31,879 bases of DNA from Candidatus Iainarchaeum sp. (lineage in GTDB: Archaea; Iainarchaeota; Iainarchaeia; Iainarchaeales; JAZDDZ01). Below, in pieces: positions 20,171-28,219 of the stretch; position 1 is the first letter of the stretch; each line of letters opens with the position of its first letter. Location of the stretch: positions 1 through 31,879 of the forward strand of contig JAZDDZ010000018.1 in assembly GCA_043809245.1 (NCBI GenBank), in the 5' to 3' direction. The notes beneath the pieces are model-generated. The model saw only the letters and a program-made list of their open reading frames with translations, ran no database searches and had not been told where the DNA came from. Position numbers and translations under genes: made by a program.

Positions 20171-20713
20171 ATGAAAGAACCGAAATTCAATGTAATTGAA
20201 AAAATCTCAAAGGGATACAGTTCTGAGGTTTTCCTCGCAAAGGATTCAAGGGGAAAGCTTTTCGCGCTGAAAAAAGAGAAAGCGAAAAGCACGCGCCACG
20301 AGATGGTGAAAAAGGAGGCTGGGAATTTGCGCCTGGCTAATTCAGTTGGCGTTGGGCCAAAGCTTGTTGACTTCAGCGAAAAAGAGAAATGGATTTTAAT
20401 GGAATTCATTGAAGGAAAAACCTTTTCCGAGTGGCTATTCAAAGGAAAGCCTGCGCGAAAAGAATTGGCTGCCTTTTTGCGCGAACTGTTTGCACAGGCA
20501 GAAAAACTTGACGCAATTGGCTTGGACCACGGGCAGCTCGCTGGAAAAGGAAAAAACATTCTTGTAAGAAAGGGAAAGCCTGTAATCATTGACTTTGAAA
20601 AAGCAAGCCCCAAAAGAAAACCGCATAACGTGACGCAATTGGCGTCATTCATTGTGTTGAACAGGAACGGGGCTGTGGCGGGGAAAGTTAGGAAAATTTT
20701 CGGGAAAAACTGA
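20171..20713 (+). CDS. Small archaeal Ser/Thr protein-kinase-like protein
   Basis: KGYSSEV, ALK, DHGQL...NIL, IIDFE kinase motifs. Confidence 0.82.
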   Translation: MKEPKFNVIEKISKGYSSEVFLAKDSRGKLFALKKEKAKSTRHEMVKKEAGNLRLANSVGVGPKLVDFSEKEKWILMEFIEGKTFSEWLFKGKPARKELAAFLRELFAQAEKLDAIGLDHGQLAGKGKNILVRKGKPVIIDFEKASPKRKPHNVTQLASFIVLNRNGAVAGKVRKIFGKN

Positions 20714-20739
20714 AGCATAGAAACCTTTAAATACAATTG

Positions 20740-20755
20740 TTATAATACATTATAA
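20740..20755. promoter_or_regulatory. Palindromic putative operator upstream of the AbrB/PIN operon
   Basis: TTATAAT-AC-ATTATAA inverted repeat between a TTTAAATA TATA-like box and the start codon. Confidence 0.5.
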
Positions 20756-20767
20756 TAGGTGGTTTTT

Positions 20768-20977
20768 ATGGATGTTTTTGAAAGCAAGGTCAGGCAGGTT
20801 GGCTCTTCCCTTGGGGTTCTCATCCCGCGGGATGTTGTGGCTGGAGACAGGATTAAAAAGGACCAAACAGTGAAAGTGGTTATACTGAAAAAGGATTTGT
20901 CTTTGCTTGAAAAGGCTTTCGGCTCGCTTAAGGGCGCAGGCGCTTTCAGGAGGGAACACGAAGACAGGGTGATTTGA
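20768..20977 (+). CDS. AbrB/MazE-type antitoxin
   Basis: KVRQVGSSLGVLIP swapped-hairpin motif; FGSLKG tail. Confidence 0.88.
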   Translation: MDVFESKVRQVGSSLGVLIPRDVVAGDRIKKDQTVKVVILKKDLSLLEKAFGSLKGAGAFRREHEDRVI

Positions 20978-21346
20978 TTGCTTTTGGACACGTACGCGTG
21001 GGTTGAATTCTTTAAGGGCACAGGCAAAGGCGAAAAAGTAAAGGAACTGCTTCGCAAAAACGCCTGCTTTTCAAGCGCTATTTCCCTGGCCGAATTAAGC
21101 GAATGGATTGAGAGAGAAGGGATTGAAAGGGACAAGGTCATTCCAGTGGTGAAAAAACTTTCCTCAATAATCGAGGTTGACCAGCAAACCTTTGAGTTGG
21201 CGGGAATAATCAAAGTCAAAAAAAGGGAAACAGCCAAGGGATTCGGCTTGATTGACGCAATAATCCTTGCAACCGCCAGACAGTACAATTTGAAACTCGT
21301 TACAGGCGACAAGCACTTCCAAGGCGAAAACACACTAATTCTTTGA
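20978..21346 (+). CDS. PIN-domain toxin (VapC-like)
   Basis: LLDTYAWVEFF, DAIILATA, LVTGDKHF. Confidence 0.9.
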   Translation: MLLDTYAWVEFFKGTGKGEKVKELLRKNACFSSAISLAELSEWIEREGIERDKVIPVVKKLSSIIEVDQQTFELAGIIKVKKRETAKGFGLIDAIILATARQYNLKLVTGDKHFQGENTLIL

Positions 21347-21386
21347 AAAAAAAGCAATATATTTTACCTTAATTATTCAGGCATCA

Positions 21387-21428
21387 AGAAAAAAAACAGA
21401 AAAAAAGAAGTGAAAAAAATTTCACTTC
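21387..21428 (-). terminator. Hairpin plus poly-T terminator downstream of the histone-fold gene
   Basis: GAAGTGAAA-N4-TTTCACTTC stem followed on the minus strand by T runs. Confidence 0.6.
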
Positions 21429-21512
21429 ACGAATTTGCGGTCCACAAAACTTTTGGAAAAAGTTTTATCAAAAAAGCGGTCGACCGCCTCATTTAACGAA
21501 TTTGCGGTCCAC
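21422..21512 (-). repeat. 24-bp direct repeat of the histone-fold gene 3' end (21422-21445 and 21489-21512)
   Basis: 22/24 identical; both copies encode VDRKFVK*. Confidence 0.9.
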
Positions 21513-21983
21513 TTCGTTGATTAGTACATCGCAGGCTGCTTTGACTGCTTCAAGCTGTTTGATGATTCTTTCTTTTTCTTTTTCAATGTCCTGCACATTT
21601 TCATATGTTTCAACCGCGTCGCGGAACATTGAACCGTCCACGTAAGAGTATGGGTGGGCGTTCATTTTTGCTGCAACGCGCTTGAGCATTTTCGCAAGCC
21701 AAATGTTCAATTCAACTTTAACCTGGCCTTTAATCTGTTTTCCCTTGTCAAGGTTTTCCCTTAACATGTTGACAATTGTTGCGCGCGGGAACGGAAGCTC
21801 TATTCCTGTGTCTTCCTCTTCTTCTTCAACAGGCATTTCTGCTGCTGTTTCTTCAACCGCCTGCTCTGCCACCTCTTTTACCTCTTCAATTGGGGGTGCT
21901 TTTGCCTCTTTAACGGCTTTTTCAGCCTTTAAAGCCACTTCCTCCAATCCTTCTTCCTTTGCTTTTTTTGCCTTTTTAGCCAT
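21489..21983 (-). CDS. Histone-fold protein with charged N-terminal extension and C-terminal coiled coil
   Basis: LPFPRATIVNMLRE...IKGQVKVEL...VDGSMFRDAV matches a histone/NF-YB-like three-helix pattern; GAGGTGA RBS. Confidence 0.7.
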   Translation of the reverse strand: MAKKAKKAKEEGLEEVALKAEKAVKEAKAPPIEEVKEVAEQAVEETAAEMPVEEEEEDTGIELPFPRATIVNMLRENLDKGKQIKGQVKVELNIWLAKMLKRVAAKMNAHPYSYVDGSMFRDAVETYENVQDIEKEKERIIKQLEAVKAACDVLINEVDRKFVK

Positions 21984-22128
21984 GGTTTCACCTCTAAATT
22001 CGTTATACTAGCATCAAAAATAAGATAGAAAAGTTTTCCCCCAATAAGAATTTAAAGCCCTGCCTCAAACAAAAAAGGCAAGCAATTAAGTGAAAAAAGA
22101 AGAAAAAAAGGGAATTTTCTCCCCTAAT

Positions 22129-22524
22129 TTATCCACCCAAATCAGCCGGGTCCACTGCTGAAAGAGCGTCAATGTCATTGAAATCCGTTAACTCAGAGTC
22201 AAGTGCGTCAAAGCCACTGAAGCCATCCTGCAATTCAGTTGCACTTGAACCAAGCTCGTCCGCCGCAGCTTCAGCCGCAGAACCTGAAAGGTCAGAGGGC
22301 TCAACCGCTTCAGGCTCAGAGCCCAAATCAGTGCCACTCAAATCATTATCGGTTTCATTCAGGCTGTCAATGCCCTGCTGCAAATCGTTTGCCCCTGCCT
22401 CAATTGCTGATGCGTCAGGCGAGCTTCCCTGCTGCGCCTGCTGTTGTGCGCAGCCCAAGAGCACCAGAAGCAATGAAAGGGAGAAAAGCACTGCCAAAAA
22501 AATTTTTTCGCTAATGCATTTCAC
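22129..22524 (-). CDS. Acidic predicted lipoprotein
   Basis: Hydrophobic signal with LLGC lipobox; D/E/S-rich body. Confidence 0.7.
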   Translation of the reverse strand: MKCISEKIFLAVLFSLSLLLVLLGCAQQQAQQGSSPDASAIEAGANDLQQGIDSLNETDNDLSGTDLGSEPEAVEPSDLSGSAAEAAADELGSSATELQDGFSGFDALDSELTDFNDIDALSAVDPADLGG

Positions 22525-22526
22525 CC

Positions 22527-23396
22527 CTATTCACCTGAATTCTCGTCAGAACTTTCAGCCGCTTGACCTTTCCTCAACTGGCGCATCTCCCTAACCATGT
22601 TGTTCAACTGCTTGTGGGCTTCAATGAGATAGCGGTTCGCTTCCTTTATCAATGCATGGCCTTGCTGGAATAATTTGTCCGCATCCTGAATGCCTGTTAT
22701 TTCTGAGAATTTCTGCCTTGCATCTTCGTATTTTTGCCCGGCCAAATCAACATTGGAGTTATATGTTCCGAGCATTGCCTGCAACTGCATTGTGTCATAT
22801 CCGTTTGCATCCAACCCGTTTATTTTTGCCTGCGTTGTTAAGCCGATCTGGTTTGCCTTTTCAATCACCTTGTGAAGGTGCGCTGCAAGGATTTCGCCTG
22901 CAAGCCTTTTCACTGTTCCTTTAACGCTGTCCCATTCGTTTTTCACACGGGCAGTTATTTCCCTTAACTGGTTCACATCTGTTGTTGAATTGATATCCGC
23001 CTTCAACAGCTCCAGTTTCGCTGTCTCTGCAGCAATGTCAGCCTTTATTTCCGCTGCAACATTTTCATCAACCAACGGAAGCGCATCCACTTTTTTGTCG
23101 TAGATGTCAAGCTGATTCATAAGGCGGTCAGTGGCTTTCAACATGTAGTTCTGCGCCCCTCCAAAGGCGTTGTCAAGGTTTTTCATGTTTTTCGTTAACC
23201 TTAACCTGTCCCTTGCGTTAAGCCATTGCTGTTTTGCGTCCTCAAAGCCCTGTTTTGCAACCATGTACTTGTCCCTTACTGCTTCATAGGCCTGCACTGC
23301 CTTCTGGTTTGCGGTTGCAAGTGAAGCGAATGCAAAGCCGCTAACCAAAAGCATTGAAAGCACCAAAAGAACAGCCAAAAATTTTCTGTCCATCAA
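22527..23396 (-). CDS. Secreted all-helical coiled-coil protein
   Basis: Signal peptide ending AFA; heptad-rich helical body. Confidence 0.75.
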   Translation of the reverse strand: MMDRKFLAVLLVLSMLLVSGFAFASLATANQKAVQAYEAVRDKYMVAKQGFEDAKQQWLNARDRLRLTKNMKNLDNAFGGAQNYMLKATDRLMNQLDIYDKKVDALPLVDENVAAEIKADIAAETAKLELLKADINSTTDVNQLREITARVKNEWDSVKGTVKRLAGEILAAHLHKVIEKANQIGLTTQAKINGLDANGYDTMQLQAMLGTYNSNVDLAGQKYEDARQKFSEITGIQDADKLFQQGHALIKEANRYLIEAHKQLNNMVREMRQLRKGQAAESSDENSGE

Positions 23397-23567
23397 ATAA
23401 AACCCCCTCTTTTTTTAAGGCAAAAAGAAATTAATAATGCTTTTGCCTCCAGGGAAAAGCGCTTTTTTTCTTTAAATGCATTCTTTCCATGCAAAATTAA
23501 AGCTTTATTAAAGCTTTAAACTTCCAAAAAAATCTGTTTTTTATTGCTTCCGCTTGCATTTTAACTT

Positions 23568-24318
23568 ATGAATGCGCGTTTTTTTGCGTTGATTGCGGGA
23601 TTTTTCTTGCTGCTTTCCGCCTTTTCACCGGCAGCAACAATAACGGGAACGGTTTTTGACGCTGAAACCCTTGAGCCGGCGCAGAACGCAATTGTTTCAA
23701 TTAACTCCAAGCCAGTGCAGACAATGGTTGCAAAGGACGCGCGCTTTTCCTTTAATGTGCCTGAAGGCACTTATTCAATCAATGCAAGCCTGTTTGAAAA
23801 CGGTTTCCTTGTGGCTGACGACGAACAGCAGGTGAGAATCTCCTCTGACGGAAACTTTGTAATAGACTTGGTTTTGTTTCCCGTGCTTGACTCTGACTTA
23901 AACCTCTCGGAATTCCTTGACGATTTGGGGAATGATTTCAATGAAACAGATTTGTCCGACCTGGGCAGCGGAGCGCCTGACGCAGGGGAAGATGAAAACC
24001 TGCTTTACTTCGGAATGTTCGCCGCACTTGTTGTTATGGCAGTGGCGTTCTTTCTTGAAAAAAAAAAGAAGAAGGAAAAGAAAAGCGAAGGGCGGGGAAA
24101 AATTTGCATCGGATGAAAAAGCCAAAACCGTTATTGACGCGCTGAAACGAATGGGGGGCAGGGCAAACCAGAAAGAACTGCGGGAAAGGACAGGCATTGG
24201 AGAAGCGCAGCTTTCGCTGATTGTCTCAGAGCTTGAAGCCGAAGGAATCGTTAAAAAGTTCAAGAAGGGAAGGGGAAATATTGTCGTGCTGAAAGGTGAA
24301 GCAAATGAATCAGAATAG
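23568..24318 (+). pseudogene. Membrane protein (extracellular carboxypeptidase-regulatory-like domain, TM, C-terminal winged HTH), frameshifted at A10 (24058-24067)
   Basis: The N-terminal ORF stops at 24116; the HTH (GGRANQKELR...EAQLSLIVSELEAEGIVKKFKKGRGN) is in the +1 frame; removing one A fuses them. Confidence 0.78.
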
Positions 24319-24709
24319 GTACCGCATTGTCTCCGTTGACCCAATCATTTTGATTGGAAAAAAAATTGTTTTAACAAAAAGGGCAGTTGACCCTTACAAC
24401 GGCTGCTGGGTTTTGCCCGGGGGAAGGATTGAAATGAATGAGACGGTTGAGCAGGCGTGCATGCGCGAGGCAAAAGAGGAAACAGGTTTAAAAGTTAAAA
24501 TCGTTAAAATGACCGGCGTTTACTCTTCGCCTAAAAGAGACCCGCGTGGAACCGTGGCCGTGGCTTTCCTTTGCAGCGGAAAAGGAAAACTGCGGTACGC
24601 GAAAGAAGAGGCATCAGGCATAAAGCTGTTTGACTTGGAGAAGCTGCCGAAGCGGTTGGGATTTGACCACAAAAAAATAATTGCGGATGCTGTTTCTAAA
24701 AAAAACTAA
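24305..24709 (+). CDS. NUDIX hydrolase (ADP-ribose pyrophosphatase-like)
   Basis: Nudix box GGRIEMNETVEQACMREAKEETG; RDPR and FDH motifs. Confidence 0.93.
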   Translation: MNQNRYRIVSVDPIILIGKKIVLTKRAVDPYNGCWVLPGGRIEMNETVEQACMREAKEETGLKVKIVKMTGVYSSPKRDPRGTVAVAFLCSGKGKLRYAKEEASGIKLFDLEKLPKRLGFDHKKIIADAVSKKN

Positions 24710-25116
24710 AGCGAGCCGAATTCTTTCTCCATTTCATCAGTTGTTAGAATCTTAACCCTTTGCTGCGCCTTAAAGCCCTTGTCATTGCTCCAGATAATCG
24801 TGTCTTCTTTTAGCGCGCAGGCAAGGTATAAAAGGTCTTTTACATCAGAGTGCAGGGAAGCCGCAGCAGGCAGAAAAGGCCCTAGTTCATTGTCTTTAAC
24901 GAACAATAACTGCGAAATCAAATTTCCGGACAAGTCAGCAAAATCCTCTGCATCCAAACCGCTTTTTTTCCGCAGATAATCCTTGTATTTCCTGAACTCC
25001 TGAAGGATGAAAAAAGGCGCGTAAAGCTCTATCTCCGGATTAAACCAGATTTTTCTGGTTTTGCCTTTCCTGATGAGAGCCGAGAAAAGAATATTGGCAT
25101 CAACCGTGACCTTCAT
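24706..25116 (-). CDS. PIN-domain toxin (VapC-like), paralogue of 6729-7136
   Basis: VDANILFSALI, DVKD..YLACAL, WSND. Confidence 0.9.
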   Translation of the reverse strand: MKVTVDANILFSALIRKGKTRKIWFNPEIELYAPFFILQEFRKYKDYLRKKSGLDAEDFADLSGNLISQLLFVKDNELGPFLPAAASLHSDVKDLLYLACALKEDTIIWSNDKGFKAQQRVKILTTDEMEKEFGSL

Positions 25117-25342
25117 CCAGAAGCCCCTTGACATGCTCTGCAATATCCTTGTTTACCTTCACTGAAAGCATTTCAACGTCTTTCTCGGCCAGCCTGCTTT
25201 TTTTCGCAAGCCTTTCGGCTTCCTCGAAATCACTGAGCTTTCTCTCAATCACAGCCCTAACCGCATTAGACCAGCGCACTTCAGGATGCTCATCCATCTT
25301 GCCCTTTATTTCATCCGTTATGGATAGAGTTATGTTCGGCAT
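25100..25342 (-). CDS. RHH-type antitoxin, paralogue of 7137-7364
   Basis: NITLSITD...EVRWSNAVR; overlaps the PIN start; CACATA-N5-TATGTG palindrome just upstream. Confidence 0.8.
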   Translation of the reverse strand: MPNITLSITDEIKGKMDEHPEVRWSNAVRAVIERKLSDFEEAERLAKKSRLAEKDVEMLSVKVNKDIAEHVKGLLDEGHG

Positions 25343-25385
25343 TAATTTTCACATATTTATTATGTGCAGATAAATATTTAAACTG

Positions 25386-25691
25386 CTACCTTTTCTGCGT
25401 TGCGTCCTCGCGCATCATGTACTTAACCACAATGAACACAACAAGCGCGATTATCGCGAAGTCAATCAGCGCGCCTACAAAGTCCCCGACCAAAAATTTC
25501 GCGGGGCCGATTTCAAGAGTTGCAGCGCGCCAGTCTCCTCCTGGAATAATCACGCCAACAATCGGCATAACCAAATCATTGACGATTGCCGTGACAAGCT
25601 TGGTTGAAGCCGCACCTATGATGAACGCAACCGCCAAGCCTATCACTTGGTATTTTTTAAAAAAATCCAGAAACTCATTCGCAAAACCCAT
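25386..25691 (-). CDS. mscL: Large-conductance mechanosensitive channel
   Basis: EFLDFFKKYQVIGLAVAFIIGAA..KLVTAIVNDLVMP; G.F..ALIDF. Confidence 0.92.
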   Translation of the reverse strand: MGFANEFLDFFKKYQVIGLAVAFIIGAASTKLVTAIVNDLVMPIVGVIIPGGDWRAATLEIGPAKFLVGDFVGALIDFAIIALVVFIVVKYMMREDATQKR

Positions 25692-25806
25692 TCATTTCAC
25701 CTCAAAAAAAATCCGTTAAGGATGCCAAAATGTTGCCGCAAACCGAATAAAAAGCCTTTCATTGCGCAGGGGAATTCTTTTATTGATTGTGCTCTTTTTC
25801 TTTATC

Positions 25807-26448
25807 ATGCTTTTCGGGGATTACTATAACTTCGCGGTTTTATGCTTTGTTTCACTTATCGTAATAATTAATCCCCTTTCAAAAATTCTTGTGCTGCCGC
25901 CGCTCATCGGGCATTTTCCCAAAAAAGAGCAGACAGCCATGATAAGGAAAGGCATAACCATCGGCTATTTTTTGCTTGTCGGGTTCTCGGTTCTCGGCGG
26001 CTATTTGTTGAATTTTCTTGAAATAGACATTTTTTCCTTCCAGATTGCCGGGGGAATATTTCTTTTCTATATCGCCTTTGACTTGTTGACTGGGAGAGCG
26101 CATGAAAAAAACCTTGAAAAACGCGAAGAATACCAGCACACAAAAATGAACCAAATTGTTTTCTCCCCGCTTGCTTTCCCGATTTTTGCGGGAGCGGGAA
26201 GCATCGCGCTTGGAATGCTTTTGTTCACGCAGGCGCAGGACATTTTAATGAAAGGCGTATTCATCGCTGTTCTGACATTCATTTACCTGATAAACTATTT
26301 TTTCGCGGTTAACACGCCTTACCTCGGCAAAATAATAAAAGAAGAGGGAATAAACGTGATAGCAAAAGTCTTCGGCCTAATCATTGCAGCACTGGGCATA
26401 CAATTGATTCTAATCGGGTTGAAAACCGCGTTCACTGCGCTGGTTTGA
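25807..26448 (+). CDS. MarC-family membrane protein
   Basis: IINPL, FQIAGGI, PLAFPIFAGAGSI, KVFGLIIAALGIQ. Confidence 0.9.
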   Translation: MLFGDYYNFAVLCFVSLIVIINPLSKILVLPPLIGHFPKKEQTAMIRKGITIGYFLLVGFSVLGGYLLNFLEIDIFSFQIAGGIFLFYIAFDLLTGRAHEKNLEKREEYQHTKMNQIVFSPLAFPIFAGAGSIALGMLLFTQAQDILMKGVFIAVLTFIYLINYFFAVNTPYLGKIIKEEGINVIAKVFGLIIAALGIQLILIGLKTAFTALV

Positions 26449-26465
26449 ATAGATTTAAAAATAAA

Positions 26466-26490
26466 GCCTCAGTCCACCCATCTCTCGTCA
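26466..26490 (-). repeat. Copy 1 of the sRNA 3'-end repeat
   Basis: gcctcagtccacccatctctcgtca, 23/25 identical to 30546-30570. Confidence 0.9.
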
Positions 26491-26581
26491 AGGGTTAAGC
26501 TGTAACGAAACCCGTAGAATTCTTGGCGAGTTTTGGGGTGTGCGATAATGGTTTATTAACGCGGGAGTTAGTCACATAGCC

Positions 26582-27325
26582 TTAAATTTTTTCCAACAAA
26601 TCCGTGAGTTTGTTTTGCCCTATTTTCAGCATAGTGGCTGACGCTGCTATTGTGCCATCTATTTTGAACCTTTCAAGATTTTCCCTGAATCCCTTTGCAA
26701 GATTTTTATCCAAGCCCTTTGTTTTTGTTCTCCGGCCGTTTTTCACAAGCCACAAAATTGGATTATTTTCCAACAAAGCGTAAAGGTCTGCAATGTCTTT
26801 TGTTCTTTTGAATGCATCGCTTCTTCCGGGAATTGATTTCAGTTTCATTTCAACCATTATTTTTGGCGATGGAACCATTACCTGAATGTCCTTGATTTTC
26901 ACATGCCCTTTTTCTTTCTTGAAAACTTTTTTAAGCAATGGCTCGGGCATTGAGTGCCATATCTTGTTTGGGGCAGCAATGTCAAAGTAAACGTATGAAA
27001 GATTGTAAATCGGGTGTTTTTTGCTTTCTTCCAAGCCAAGCTCTTTTTCCGTTTCGCTATGGAAGATTTTTACCCAGCGAAAAGTCGAGTGAGGATGAAA
27101 ACCCATTTTCTCAAGTTTTTCTTCAATCGCTTTTGGCTTTATTTTTGCAGGGTCAAAGAAAATGTCAATGTCCCTTGAACCAATGTGCACGACACCCCTG
27201 CTTTTGAGAATGTAATGCACTGCCCAGCCACCCATAAGGCCAATTTCATCAATTTCGTTTTTTGCGAGGTTCTTGAAGAAAGCGTGCAAGAATTCGTCTG
27301 ACTTTTCAATCATCAGCTTTTCCAT
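26582..27325 (-). CDS. Nucleotidyltransferase, AbiEii-like (type IV TA toxin candidate)
   Basis: MGGWAV, SRDIDI, MKL...R..KD..D motifs. Confidence 0.78.
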   Translation of the reverse strand: MEKLMIEKSDEFLHAFFKNLAKNEIDEIGLMGGWAVHYILKSRGVVHIGSRDIDIFFDPAKIKPKAIEEKLEKMGFHPHSTFRWVKIFHSETEKELGLEESKKHPIYNLSYVYFDIAAPNKIWHSMPEPLLKKVFKKEKGHVKIKDIQVMVPSPKIMVEMKLKSIPGRSDAFKRTKDIADLYALLENNPILWLVKNGRRTKTKGLDKNLAKGFRENLERFKIDGTIAASATMLKIGQNKLTDLLEKI

Positions 27326-27329
27326 TGTT

Positions 27330-28037
27330 TCACAGCCTGTTGTTAAGCCATTCTTCCATCAGAAAATTAGCTTGTTCTTCAGCCAATCCGCCAAAGCTCA
27401 AGAGGTCGCTCAAGAGTATCGGCATTGGCACAACTGAAAAGCCCTTCACTTTTGCAGCGCCCTTGAAGAATGCATCTTGCGCCGTTGGAATCAGGAACAG
27501 GTTTGCCTGGCTTTTTTGCGCTTTCAGGCATTTTTTTGAAAGCAGGTATTTGCCCCATTTTTCTTCCTCTCCTTTCCTGATGTAAACGTGCACTTGGTCT
27601 GTTTTCACGTACTGCCTGTAAAGCTCGCTGCCGGCAAAAACCGTAAACGAATGCGGCAATTTTGATTCCCTAACCATTTTCAGGGTTTTAGAAAATTCAA
27701 GCGGCGAATGAAAATTAAGCGTTTTCAGGCTTGCAAACGGTCTCGCAAATGAAATCATTTTTACGATGTCACCGACCTTTGCAACCCTGTACTCTGAAGT
27801 TTTTGCATCCTTTGTTATGAAGCTGCTTTTTTCAAGTTCTTTTACAAAAGTGAATGTTGGGCCGTAAGTCAAGGCTAAGTCCATTGTTGGAAACCTTGTG
27901 TTCTTCTTGTAAACTGCGTCATCTTTTCCAAGCATCGCAGCCGCCCCTCTCCGCAGTTCTGAAATGCTCCACTTTTTTCCCTTGTTTTTCAGCATCCACA
28001 AAAGGGTAACAATCCTCTTCTCGGTCAACTCAAGCAT
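27330..28037 (-). CDS. AbiEi-like antitoxin/transcription regulator (N-terminal wHTH)
   Basis: HTH-like N-terminus; C-terminal ANLFLIP...VVPMPILLSDLL..GG.AEEQA.FL; directly upstream of the NTase. Confidence 0.72.
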   Translation of the reverse strand: MLELTEKRIVTLLWMLKNKGKKWSISELRRGAAAMLGKDDAVYKKNTRFPTMDLALTYGPTFTFVKELEKSSFITKDAKTSEYRVAKVGDIVKMISFARPFASLKTLNFHSPLEFSKTLKMVRESKLPHSFTVFAGSELYRQYVKTDQVHVYIRKGEEEKWGKYLLSKKCLKAQKSQANLFLIPTAQDAFFKGAAKVKGFSVVPMPILLSDLLSFGGLAEEQANFLMEEWLNNRL

Positions 28038-28172
28038 AAAATTATCTGTTTAACGAATAGTATATAAATACAACGAATATGCTACGGGGCCATAAAAAAG
28101 ACTATACCCCGCTATAATGCATTGTTTTTCAGTTTTTCACTGATTTTTAGTACTATAAGGTATTAAAAATAA

Positions 28173-28190
28173 GCCTCAGTCCGCCCATCT
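28173..28190 (-). repeat. Copy 2 of the sRNA 3'-end repeat
   Basis: gcctcagtccgcccatct, exact match to 30546-30563. Confidence 0.92.
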
Positions 28191-28219
28191 GACCCGAAAG
28201 ATGAGAAATATTTGGCATG

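Noticed and set aside
14374-20736. Long antisense ORFs (14374-15093, 18328-19311, 19882-20736 and similar)
   Set aside because: They are shadows of well-supported genes on the opposite strand and have no motifs
20969-20986. Stop-codon readthrough fusing antitoxin and toxin (in-frame TGA then start, also at 7136/7137)
   Set aside because: Abutting stop and start codons are ordinary translational coupling; no recoding signal was seen
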